Source of the DNA: an uncultured bacterium
GTDB lineage: Bacteria > Fidelibacterota > Marinisomatia > Marinisomatales > UBA1611
Direction of reading: 5' to 3'
Assembly (NCBI GenBank): GCA_943788175.1
Contig: CALSPG010000001.1
Location: forward strand, 64,001-128,000
Length of the DNA stretch: 64,000 bases
The notes beneath the pieces are model-generated. The model saw only the letters and a list, made by a program, of their open reading frames with translations. It did not search any database and had not been told where the DNA came from. This document shows positions 18,907-27,696 of this stretch, piece by piece. Every line of letters begins with the position of its first letter. Position 1 is the stretch's first letter. The translations under genes were made by a program, and so were the position numbers.

Positions 18907-21127
18907 TAAGGGGAGTGCTGCTCCATTAGCAATGTTGTTTACTTTGGTGAGCATGACCTTTACTGCTGCGTACCTTAAAAGTTCATTTAATTTATCTGTT
19001 TTGGAAGAGTATCGATATGCTGAACACCGGGCTTTGTACGCTGCTGAAGCAGGCTTGAATGAGGTTGGTGTTGTTATCTTGCCTCAATTGGTTACTGAGG
19101 ACACATTGTTATACCCCGAAGGAAAAAATTATGGTAAAAATGAATATGGCTCTCCTATTGGTAAATATAAAAACATTTATGCTCGAACAGAATTAGAGCA
19201 AAATTCAACCAGAAAATTATATTATGTCTACTCAACTGGTGAAGCGACTCCAATTACTAGTTTTGGGGATAAAGTAGATCCCATTGAGCGTACAGTATTT
19301 ATGACAATGCAAGCCCAAGGCTTTGAAGATTTTATGTATTTTACGAATGAAGAAAAGCCTATCGGGCCTGGAAATACAGGGACCGTGAACTTCGGTACCA
19401 ATGATCAACTTGAGGGTAGGGTTCATACAAATGGAGATATGGTCTTTAGTAGTTATGGTTGTCCTGAATTCTCAGGCTCCGTTACAATCACGAACGAAGC
19501 AGTCGATAATGGTGGCGGCATAGGTTCGTGGGGCGCCTGCGATGAAGGTGTCTTTGAGCAAAATATTGATGGTGAATCTGTTAATATACTTGATACTATA
19601 GCCACAATAACATTTCCGCCTGAAAACTCTGCTCAACTAGTTAGAGCAAATGCTGACTATGTGTTTGATGCTGATAATATGCTTTTTCGAACAGGTAAAA
19701 AAGATACTTTGGTAATGACAGAAATTAATTTTACTCCAAGTGGTTTTTGGGCGTCTCAATGGTGGTACAATATTCCACCTATTGGTGGCCCGCCAAATGA
19801 GTTTGATTATATTTGGGACGGATTAAGTCCAGCATTAAATGTGAATGTTTCTAGCGTTCATTTTGGTCCAGATAACGCCTTTATACCAGGAGTTGGTTAT
19901 GAAGGTACTTTCATCATCCTTAGTGCGTTGGATGTGTCTGGAGAAAATATTAGAGCAACACTCATTGGTTCCATTAGCGCTGGTGATGTTTTGAGATTGG
20001 CAAATCTAGATATTTCTAAATCTGTTTCATTTGCAGTGATAAACGACCCAATACCAATTGGTGAAGATCGTGTAATGATTCAAATAAATTCCGAATCGAT
20101 TAACTTTGTTTCTGCCTCAGAGGAGGGTTTTACTGATGGAGAAGCCATAACGTTAGTGAATACGAGTGCTTCCACAGGTTTAGCTGAAGATGTTGAATGG
20201 AACGATTTTAAATATTACCATGATCATGAAGATGATGGTTCAGAGTATTGTCCTCCTGGTGGAAGGCATCATTTTGATTTCGATTATTGGAACGCAGGCG
20301 GTTTAAGTGGTTTGAATTGCGATATCTTCTCTTGCCCTGATCAAATCTACAATAGTGATTATGTTTATATGCAGAGACTGTTTTACCCCTATTCTGGCCC
20401 ATCAGTTATCTATGTTAAAGGTGGTCAAGTATTAGTCAGGGGGCAGGTAGGAGGGCAGTATACTGTTGTTACGGATGATTATACAGAATATAGGCGACAT
20501 GACGATCAAAGTATTGTAGATCGGGTGTGGGGCAATATCTGGCTTATCGATGATTTAGTTTATGCTGATTCATATGCCAATGGAGCTATCGTTCATCCAG
20601 ATGAAGGGGGTACTCAAAATGTTATTGGTCTAGTTGCTGGCGGCAGTGTAATCGTGGCAAACACTCGACCTAATGGTGCCCGAGGGCAGCTTTATGATTC
20701 TGATATAAAAATTAATGCCTCAATAATGGCACTTTATGGTGGATTCATTTCTCATTATTGGCAAAATACTCTTACGGCATATCATGATTGGAATGATAAT
20801 TTGTCGTATGGTTATATTGCTGACGGCAGAGGGGGTCATAGAAATAATTTTAGATCTCAAGAAAATAATGGTCTTTATACTAACACGAATGATAAACGCG
20901 GGGTTATCCACCTATGGGGTTCTATTGTGCAGCAAAAAAGAGGCTATTTGCTAAGAAATTACCCAGGACCTTACAATGTATCTCCTGGTGTAGGTTATGA
21001 TAAGAATTTTCATTACGATTGGAATTTGCGCATGAATCCTCCTCCTTATTATCCAGACCAGGTTGATGTAAATAATAACGTAATTCTCAAGATGGCATCC
21101 TATGGTGAGCTGAGCGATGATAGTTAA
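18884..21127 (+). CDS. Very large PilX/GspK-like minor pilin (747 aa) with a C-terminal beta-rich domain
   Basis: KG|SAAPLAML (no E5, typical of PilX); ALYAAEAGL PilX-N motif; C-terminal GRVHTNG, IGLVAG, LWGSIVQ, GYDKNFHYD...PPPYYP. Confidence 0.75.
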   Translation: MTSLRFHNKGSAAPLAMLFTLVSMTFTAAYLKSSFNLSVLEEYRYAEHRALYAAEAGLNEVGVVILPQLVTEDTLLYPEGKNYGKNEYGSPIGKYKNIYARTELEQNSTRKLYYVYSTGEATPITSFGDKVDPIERTVFMTMQAQGFEDFMYFTNEEKPIGPGNTGTVNFGTNDQLEGRVHTNGDMVFSSYGCPEFSGSVTITNEAVDNGGGIGSWGACDEGVFEQNIDGESVNILDTIATITFPPENSAQLVRANADYVFDADNMLFRTGKKDTLVMTEINFTPSGFWASQWWYNIPPIGGPPNEFDYIWDGLSPALNVNVSSVHFGPDNAFIPGVGYEGTFIILSALDVSGENIRATLIGSISAGDVLRLANLDISKSVSFAVINDPIPIGEDRVMIQINSESINFVSASEEGFTDGEAITLVNTSASTGLAEDVEWNDFKYYHDHEDDGSEYCPPGGRHHFDFDYWNAGGLSGLNCDIFSCPDQIYNSDYVYMQRLFYPYSGPSVIYVKGGQVLVRGQVGGQYTVVTDDYTEYRRHDDQSIVDRVWGNIWLIDDLVYADSYANGAIVHPDEGGTQNVIGLVAGGSVIVANTRPNGARGQLYDSDIKINASIMALYGGFISHYWQNTLTAYHDWNDNLSYGYIADGRGGHRNNFRSQENNGLYTNTNDKRGVIHLWGSIVQQKRGYLLRNYPGPYNVSPGVGYDKNFHYDWNLRMNPPPYYPDQVDVNNNVILKMASYGELSDDS

Positions 21128-21148
21128 TAGATTGAAAGGAGACGGCTG

Positions 21149-22201
21149 GTGTTTGTTGGATTAGATATTGGAAGACAATATATCAAAATTGTTGCAATGA
21201 ATAAGACCAAAGACGGTTATAAATTATTAGATGCTGGTCAAAGACTAGTGCCTGAACCTAATCAAGCTTTTGATCCAGATAAAATTGATACTCATCACTG
21301 GGTTATGGCTATAAAAGAATTGCTAAAGCAGCAAAATTTGAATTCAAAAAAAATTAAATTAATTGCAACAGGTGTGAGTGGTGCATCTGCAAGTGTTAAA
21401 CAAATCACTACAATGGAAATGCCTGCAGAAGAGTTGGAATCTGCGATGACGTTTGAAGCAAGAAAGCACATTCCTATGGACGGAACGGATGCAGTAATTG
21501 ATTATCAAATTTTAGGTTCAAATGAAAAAGAAGTTGATAAAATAGATGTAAGTCTCGTTGCATGTACAAAAGGGGTGTTAACCTCTCATATAGATTTGCT
21601 AAAAGAAAGCGGTCTAAAGCCTGGTGTAATAGATGCGGATCCAATCGCAATTACAAATTCATTTACGTATTTAAAAGATATGCCATCTGAAGGCTTAGCC
21701 GTTATCTTAGATATAGGGGCTTTGTCATCGAGTCTAATTGTTTGGGGTAATGGGCAACAATATTTTACGAGGGATTTGCCTGTTGGTGGCCATCAGTTTG
21801 TTAAAGAAATTGTTGATAAAAAAGATATTAGTTACACTGAAGCTCAAGATATTCTTTTCAAAGAGGGTGTTGCTTCAATTATGAAAAATGAAGCAATTGA
21901 AGATCAGTCAACTCTCGGTGTTGCGGAAAGATCGGTTTATGATAATCTAATTGAAGACCTTCGAAGAAGTTTGAGGTTTTATGCTAAGCAAACTGGGCAG
22001 AGTTTTTTCTTGAAAATTTTATTAACTGGAGGAGCGGCCGGAACTCCAGGCTTGGCCGAATTAATCAGCTCTAAACTAAATATAGATTGTGATATTTTGA
22101 ATCCATTTGAAGGTTTAGATGGTGCTGAATCTTTGAACTTTGATAACCCTAGTCAATATGTTCTTGCAATGGGATTATGTATTAGAGCGGGTATGGAATA
22201 A
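21149..22201 (+). CDS. pilM: Type IV pilus assembly protein PilM (actin-like)
   Basis: VGLDIG, FEARKHIP..IDYQ, LDIGA, ILLTGGAA; AAAGGAG RBS upstream. Confidence 0.93.
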   Translation: MFVGLDIGRQYIKIVAMNKTKDGYKLLDAGQRLVPEPNQAFDPDKIDTHHWVMAIKELLKQQNLNSKKIKLIATGVSGASASVKQITTMEMPAEELESAMTFEARKHIPMDGTDAVIDYQILGSNEKEVDKIDVSLVACTKGVLTSHIDLLKESGLKPGVIDADPIAITNSFTYLKDMPSEGLAVILDIGALSSSLIVWGNGQQYFTRDLPVGGHQFVKEIVDKKDISYTEAQDILFKEGVASIMKNEAIEDQSTLGVAERSVYDNLIEDLRRSLRFYAKQTGQSFFLKILLTGGAAGTPGLAELISSKLNIDCDILNPFEGLDGAESLNFDNPSQYVLAMGLCIRAGME

Positions 22202-22791
22202 TGAAAACCTATATCAAAATTAATCTGAACAAAGCAGAAAGTTCAGAGGTTGTCAAAGAAAGAGTTCTCGAGCGTACTAGGTGGGTTGTTTTTGGAGTTC
22301 TGATATTTAGTTTTTTATTTATTAATATTAGAGTTTTGATGATTGGGTTTGGGTATAACTCCGTAATCAATAAAAAGAAAAATCAAATTGTTCAACTAGA
22401 AAATCAAATTAAGCAGTTGCAATCTAAAGGTAAAAATTTATCCAAGAATGATATTATGTCTTTTGCTGATCTGGAACAGGACAGATTCCTCTGGGCAAGG
22501 AATATGGAATTATTAGGCAAAATGACGCCTGATGATATGGCGATAACTGGAATGAAGTTTAAACGAGATAAATTAACGATTAAAGGCATTGCGTTAACTT
22601 TTGAAGATAGAAAAGATTTCGAAATTATTGATGAATATGTCCAAACATTGAGAAGTAATAAAGAATTTTCGGAGAATTTTTCTCGGATTAAATATGTTGG
22701 GCATCAAAAGGTAAATATTCGAGGACAAAATATTATTCGTTTTGAAGTGATTGCCTCAATCAAAAAAGGTGGTAGTAAGGTATATTCATAA
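22201..22791 (+). CDS. pilN: PilN
   Basis: N-terminal INL motif, single TM, coiled coil, 'PDDMAITGM...LTIKGIA'; follows pilM. Confidence 0.85.
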   Translation: MKTYIKINLNKAESSEVVKERVLERTRWVVFGVLIFSFLFINIRVLMIGFGYNSVINKKKNQIVQLENQIKQLQSKGKNLSKNDIMSFADLEQDRFLWARNMELLGKMTPDDMAITGMKFKRDKLTIKGIALTFEDRKDFEIIDEYVQTLRSNKEFSENFSRIKYVGHQKVNIRGQNIIRFEVIASIKKGGSKVYS

Positions 22792-22792
22792 T

Positions 22793-23362
22793 ATGGCGGA
22801 AAAAAGAAATATCATTTTGTTTGGTGCGATAATTATTTTGACCATTACTTATTGGGCCAGTTCTTCACTTTTTATTGGTGAAAAACCATTAAAAATAAAA
22901 CTCTTAGAACAAGAAGAGACCGAGCTAAATGAAAACCTAATCAGTGCTCAAATACTCGCAAGTAAGCTTGATAGAGTTTACACTCTTTTCCAAGAAAACT
23001 TAGCTTTGTCTCAACAAGACTCATTAGCTGAAGATGCTAGCCTTCCTTTTTTAAATGCTCTAACAGATATATTAGATGATTTAGACATACAACTGTTAGG
23101 TATCAAGCCCAAGGATAGAATAAGTAAAGGGGATTATTATAAATCTCCATATGTTATTACGATTGAGTGTAGTTACGATGAGTTTGGAAAGTTTTTAGCA
23201 GAAATTGAGCGATCGCCTAGATTAATAACTTTGAATGAGTATGAAGTTAAAAATGGTATTGAGAGAGTAAAAACAAATGTTTCAGAAGACGATTTGTCAG
23301 AACAAGTGTTTGAGTTAAATCTTGCGACAATTACATTAGTAAAATCTAGGTCGAAAGGTTAA
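22793..23362 (+). CDS. pilO: PilO
   Basis: TM + coiled coil + 'YYKSPYVITIECSYDEFGKFLAEIERSPRLI'; ATG at 22793 is the likely start. Confidence 0.85.
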   Translation: MAEKRNIILFGAIIILTITYWASSSLFIGEKPLKIKLLEQEETELNENLISAQILASKLDRVYTLFQENLALSQQDSLAEDASLPFLNALTDILDDLDIQLLGIKPKDRISKGDYYKSPYVITIECSYDEFGKFLAEIERSPRLITLNEYEVKNGIERVKTNVSEDDLSEQVFELNLATITLVKSRSKG

Positions 23363-23364
23363 TC

Positions 23365-23904
23365 ATGAGCGAACGATCACTTACTATTTGGAAGCTTTTA
23401 ATAACATTTGCAATTCTTTCGATTGTAGCTGGTGGATTTAGTTTGTATCCAAAAAATAAAAAATATAGGAAAATTATTGCTAAGTCTTCAAGAACTTTTG
23501 GAACAGATAAAGATTTAGAAAATGTTATTGAATATTTAGAAAAACGCTTAGAGCAAAGAGGCTATTATCAGTTTTCATTAGAAAAACAGCCTATGAGACT
23601 TACAAATGTCCTAACCCTAGCTGATGGTAGTGGTCCAAGCAGCAGAAGAAGCCGTAGTGCTTTAAGAATAGCTATGATATATCAGAGCCAAAATAAGTTT
23701 CAGGCCCAATTAAATTATAGAGGGAATATTTATAATGCCACTAGTGGTGAAAACATTCCAAGCCTAGGGAAAGTGGTACATATAGATGAAAAGCAGGTAA
23801 TTATTAAAAGAGAAAATAAAATTTTTTCTTATCCTGCTCCAGGTACTGACAGACAAAATGCTTTAGAAATTAGTGCGGAAGATTTTAAACGAGGTAAGAT
23901 TTAA
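23365..23904 (+). CDS. PilP/GspC-like protein (TM-anchored, HR-like domain)
   Basis: Sits between pilO and pilQ; N-terminal TM with no lipobox; 'GENIPSLGKVVHIDEKQVII' resembles the PilP/GspC HR domain. Confidence 0.55.
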   Translation: MSERSLTIWKLLITFAILSIVAGGFSLYPKNKKYRKIIAKSSRTFGTDKDLENVIEYLEKRLEQRGYYQFSLEKQPMRLTNVLTLADGSGPSSRRSRSALRIAMIYQSQNKFQAQLNYRGNIYNATSGENIPSLGKVVHIDEKQVIIKRENKIFSYPAPGTDRQNALEISAEDFKRGKI

Positions 23905-23910
23905 CGAAAG

Positions 23911-25413
23911 GTGAACAGTAATATGCAGTCCTTAAGAAAATTTATCATTTACACATCATTATCCATTTCGACGATTTTTGGTCAAGACTCGGGTGCTTTA
24001 GATGGAGCCCCAGATCAATCAGAAGAGCTTAATTTGGTTACAGTCCACGCGGAAGATGCTCATTTACCGAGCATTCTTGCAATACTTGCAAAAGAAAGTG
24101 GTTACAATATTGTTACCGACCCCAATGTAAACAGGCAAGAAAAAATATCTATTCATTTAGATGACGTTCCAATAGAACAGGCGATTAATTTAGTCGTTCG
24201 CGCAGTTGGATTGAGTTACGAAGTTGTTGGAAATTCATTTTTAATTGCTGATCCAAAAAAATTAAAGGAAGAGGTAGGGGTTACATCTTATGTAATCGAA
24301 TTAAAATACGCTTCTGCACAAGAAATAAAATCCATGCTGCAAGACATATCTGACCAAATCCAGGTCGATATTTCAGGGAATAAACTTTTGGTAAATGCTT
24401 CTCCTAAAAAAATCGCTGAGATTCAAGAAGTCGTCAAACAGATTGACATTCCTGCTATTCAAATTATGTTGGAAACTCGTTTAATTGAAGTTGCTGCGGA
24501 TAATGAAGAGCAACTTGGCATTGATTGGTCAAGGCTTTCAAAGTTTACGACCATCTTAGCAGAAAATGCGTTAGATGAAGCAACAGGTGGGTCTGTCGTG
24601 CCAGATGACCAGACTATTGGACAAAAGCCAACAACAATGCCTTTTGACCCGCTCAAATCAGACCTGAATGATGGTAGTCAAATTGTACCTAGATACTTTA
24701 GTCGGCAAATGACAGCTTTTGATGTGACTCTAGATATGCTAATGAAAGCAAATCAAGCAGAAGTTTTAGCTGATTCAAGGCTTACGACACTTAACGGTAG
24801 AGAGGCTTCTATTAAGCTCGTTGATATTGTTCCATATATTCTCAGTTCTGGGGGCGTGGGCGGTCAGGTACAAGTTCAGCGAGAAGAAGTCGGTATTAAG
24901 CTAGAGATCAATCCCACTGTAAATACAGATGGTTTTATCACAGTGAAAGTTGAGCCAGAAGTTTCTACAATTTTTGAATTTATTGGTCCTGACAATAATA
25001 TACCTCGAGTTAAAAGTAGAAAATCATCAACTACTATAAGAGTTAAGGATGGTGAAAGTATTATCATTGGTGGTTTGTTAAGTAATGATAGAAAACAAAC
25101 TTTATACAAAGTTCCAATATTGCACAAAATTCCTTGGTTTGGTGAAAAAATATTTACCAGTAAAAACCTTGTCGAAAGGAAAACAGATTTAATTATACAG
25201 ATAACACCAAGGATTGTAGTTGATAACTATACTGGTATTATGAAAACCAATCGAATGAGGTCATTTGAAAAAAATCTACTTGGGAAAAGTGAAGATGGTA
25301 CTGCAAAGAACTCAGACCTTGGTGAGGTCGAATTAGAAAATACGTCTACATACGAAGGAATTTGGAATGACACCTCTTCGTTACCAGAACAAATTGAATC
25401 AGACGAAGAATAA
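23911..25413 (+). CDS. pilQ: Secretin PilQ (short form, no AMIN domains)
   Basis: N0/STN + N3 (IELKYASA) + secretin domain (QIMLETRLIEV..LGIDW, VGIKLEINP, VKDGESIIIGGL, KVPILHKIPWFG, LIIQITPRIV). Confidence 0.93.
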   Translation: MNSNMQSLRKFIIYTSLSISTIFGQDSGALDGAPDQSEELNLVTVHAEDAHLPSILAILAKESGYNIVTDPNVNRQEKISIHLDDVPIEQAINLVVRAVGLSYEVVGNSFLIADPKKLKEEVGVTSYVIELKYASAQEIKSMLQDISDQIQVDISGNKLLVNASPKKIAEIQEVVKQIDIPAIQIMLETRLIEVAADNEEQLGIDWSRLSKFTTILAENALDEATGGSVVPDDQTIGQKPTTMPFDPLKSDLNDGSQIVPRYFSRQMTAFDVTLDMLMKANQAEVLADSRLTTLNGREASIKLVDIVPYILSSGGVGGQVQVQREEVGIKLEINPTVNTDGFITVKVEPEVSTIFEFIGPDNNIPRVKSRKSSTTIRVKDGESIIIGGLLSNDRKQTLYKVPILHKIPWFGEKIFTSKNLVERKTDLIIQITPRIVVDNYTGIMKTNRMRSFEKNLLGKSEDGTAKNSDLGEVELENTSTYEGIWNDTSSLPEQIESDEE

Positions 25414-25425
25414 AAGGAGCCTGAT

Positions 25426-27696
25426 ATGATAATAAATACATTTAAATCTATTTTAGTTAGTTTTTCAATTATTCTAATTTTTTCATCTTTGAGTTGTGAC
25501 GATCGTAAAGTGAGTGCTTCAGTCACAGAAGATGGCTTAACACTTGCTTTTATTGAAGCGCAACCTGTAGCAAGTGGCAGCACCGTTGGCGAAGCAGTTG
25601 TTGGGTATGCTGGTGTCTTTTTAATTGTTGAGCTAAGAGACGCTGATGGAGATCCGGTTAAAGGGGGTGTTATCTCTTTTAGTGCAAAGGCTTTAGAAGG
25701 GTCTTCTTATAAGTCTATCGGCAGTTTTGACGTCAATACAGTAACAACTGGATCTGATGGTTCAGCCTTTGTAACGTATAACGTTAGTAGTGGTAGTGGT
25801 GCTGTTGATAATCCGACTACTCCTATTTTTGAAAACGTTGAGATCACAGCTTATTATGGAGAAAATTTAGAAGCGTCAACTAGGTTTGATGTCTATGGAT
25901 CAAAAGACGATATATGGCCTTATACTTTTACAATGACCGCTCCTAATCCTGAAGAAATAACATTAGCATCAGATACTCCATCTGATATCACATGCAGACT
26001 ATTAAATAAGAACGGTACTCCTGTAAGAAACGTGATTGTTCAAATTGATGCTGGTGAAAAAGGATACATAAAAATTGATGATAATGTTGTGGACTCTGAC
26101 ACAACCAATAATAATGGTGAGATAACATTTAGTTTTCACGATTATGGTGAACAAGAAAATATTGGTATTGCTACAGTTAAAGCGTTGTTTCAACACCCTT
26201 CCATTAGTTCCTCAGTTATCGACTCTTCTACTATCTCTATTGTTACTCAGGTAGGCTTAGTTCAAGAATGTACATATGTAGAAATTGCATCATCAGTGCC
26301 TGATAATATTGTTGTTCGGGATGGTGGAGGAATTGAGTCTACTTCAATAAAGGCTAAACTTTTTGATGATAATGAGAACCTTATCGATGAACCTAGATTA
26401 ATTCGCTTCGTTTTGAATCCAATTATGGAAGGTGCATACTTGGAAGAGCCAGGAGTTACAGATACCAGCGTCTTCACAATTAATGGAATTGCAACAGTTT
26501 CTGTTAATAGTGGCACTGTTCCTGGACCAATTAGGGTGGAAGCTAGTGTAGATTGTGATGAAGATGGAGATTATGAGATTAATGCAAATGCAGTACCTGT
26601 AATTATAGCTTCTGGTGCTCCTTACTACATTGAGCCAGAATATGATCCAAATTCAACAGAGCCGATCGGTGGTGGTTTTTATAAAACCCAATGTGCAGCA
26701 ATAGTTTATGATAAATGGTACAACCCCGTTGAAGATTCAACTTACGTTTATTGGTCAATTGACCCTATTGCGCCTGATACTTTAATTGATGCATTTGTCG
26801 AAGGCATTAGCTTCACCGGCAATGAAAATCTAGATGGTGACGCAAACAAAGGTGTGGCTTACAGCGAACTAGTTTACTCAACAGATGCTATTGGAGATTT
26901 TGGTAGAGTAAAAGCAACAACATTTGGTTCAGATGGTCCTGATGAAGATACAATTGCTGATTCTGTTTCTGCTTTGATAAATGAAGATGTTGGAGATGCA
27001 GCATTGTTTTTTCTTCCTGGTGAATTATCGTTGACTGCCAGTGCTACATATCACGACTTCTCTCTTCCTGCTCCAACAGAGGAAGTAGAGATAACAATCA
27101 CAGCAATTTTGATTGATTTTTATGGTAATCCAGTTGTGAATGCGCCAATATCTTTTGTAGGCACAGGCGTTGAAGCCTGGAGGGAACTTGGCTATGAACT
27201 ATATGAGGATGTTGGAATAAATGGCGTTGCAAATACAGGCGAGGACAACGGCTGCTTTAGTTGGCGCGATTATGGTGCTGATGATAGTTCTCAAACCGCT
27301 GATATGGGTACATTTAACGAAGAACACGATGCTTTTGATACTGATGGTGATGGGAAATTCGATGTTCAGGAGGTTTCAGAACCTTTTAGTGATAATGGTG
27401 TTGATCAAGCTCCAAATACGAATGACCTAGGTGAAGGTAATGGAAAATGGGATGGCTATAGCATGATTAACTGCGAACCTATTGTTAGAACCGACCAAGA
27501 TGGGTATGCAAGAATTATAGCTGTTTTTCCCAGGGAACTGTGTATTTGGCAAGCAACAGATGATGAGACTGGTATTTGTACTTTTGAAGATTTTAGTGCC
27601 TCAATCTCTTCTACTTTATTAATCCCGCAGATTACAACAAGTGATCCGCTAGACATACAATTAGTGCGAACACAAACAACAGTGGGGTGTCCATAA
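25426..27696 (+). CDS. Acidic lipoprotein with invasin/intimin-type Ig-like (Big-1) domains
   Basis: Lipobox SLSC; repeated 'L.D..G.PV....I.F ... T...G.A' Big-1 motifs; DTDGDG Ca-binding-like loop; AAGGAG RBS. Confidence 0.7.
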   Translation: MIINTFKSILVSFSIILIFSSLSCDDRKVSASVTEDGLTLAFIEAQPVASGSTVGEAVVGYAGVFLIVELRDADGDPVKGGVISFSAKALEGSSYKSIGSFDVNTVTTGSDGSAFVTYNVSSGSGAVDNPTTPIFENVEITAYYGENLEASTRFDVYGSKDDIWPYTFTMTAPNPEEITLASDTPSDITCRLLNKNGTPVRNVIVQIDAGEKGYIKIDDNVVDSDTTNNNGEITFSFHDYGEQENIGIATVKALFQHPSISSSVIDSSTISIVTQVGLVQECTYVEIASSVPDNIVVRDGGGIESTSIKAKLFDDNENLIDEPRLIRFVLNPIMEGAYLEEPGVTDTSVFTINGIATVSVNSGTVPGPIRVEASVDCDEDGDYEINANAVPVIIASGAPYYIEPEYDPNSTEPIGGGFYKTQCAAIVYDKWYNPVEDSTYVYWSIDPIAPDTLIDAFVEGISFTGNENLDGDANKGVAYSELVYSTDAIGDFGRVKATTFGSDGPDEDTIADSVSALINEDVGDAALFFLPGELSLTASATYHDFSLPAPTEEVEITITAILIDFYGNPVVNAPISFVGTGVEAWRELGYELYEDVGINGVANTGEDNGCFSWRDYGADDSSQTADMGTFNEEHDAFDTDGDGKFDVQEVSEPFSDNGVDQAPNTNDLGEGNGKWDGYSMINCEPIVRTDQDGYARIIAVFPRELCIWQATDDETGICTFEDFSASISSTLLIPQITTSDPLDIQLVRTQTTVGCP

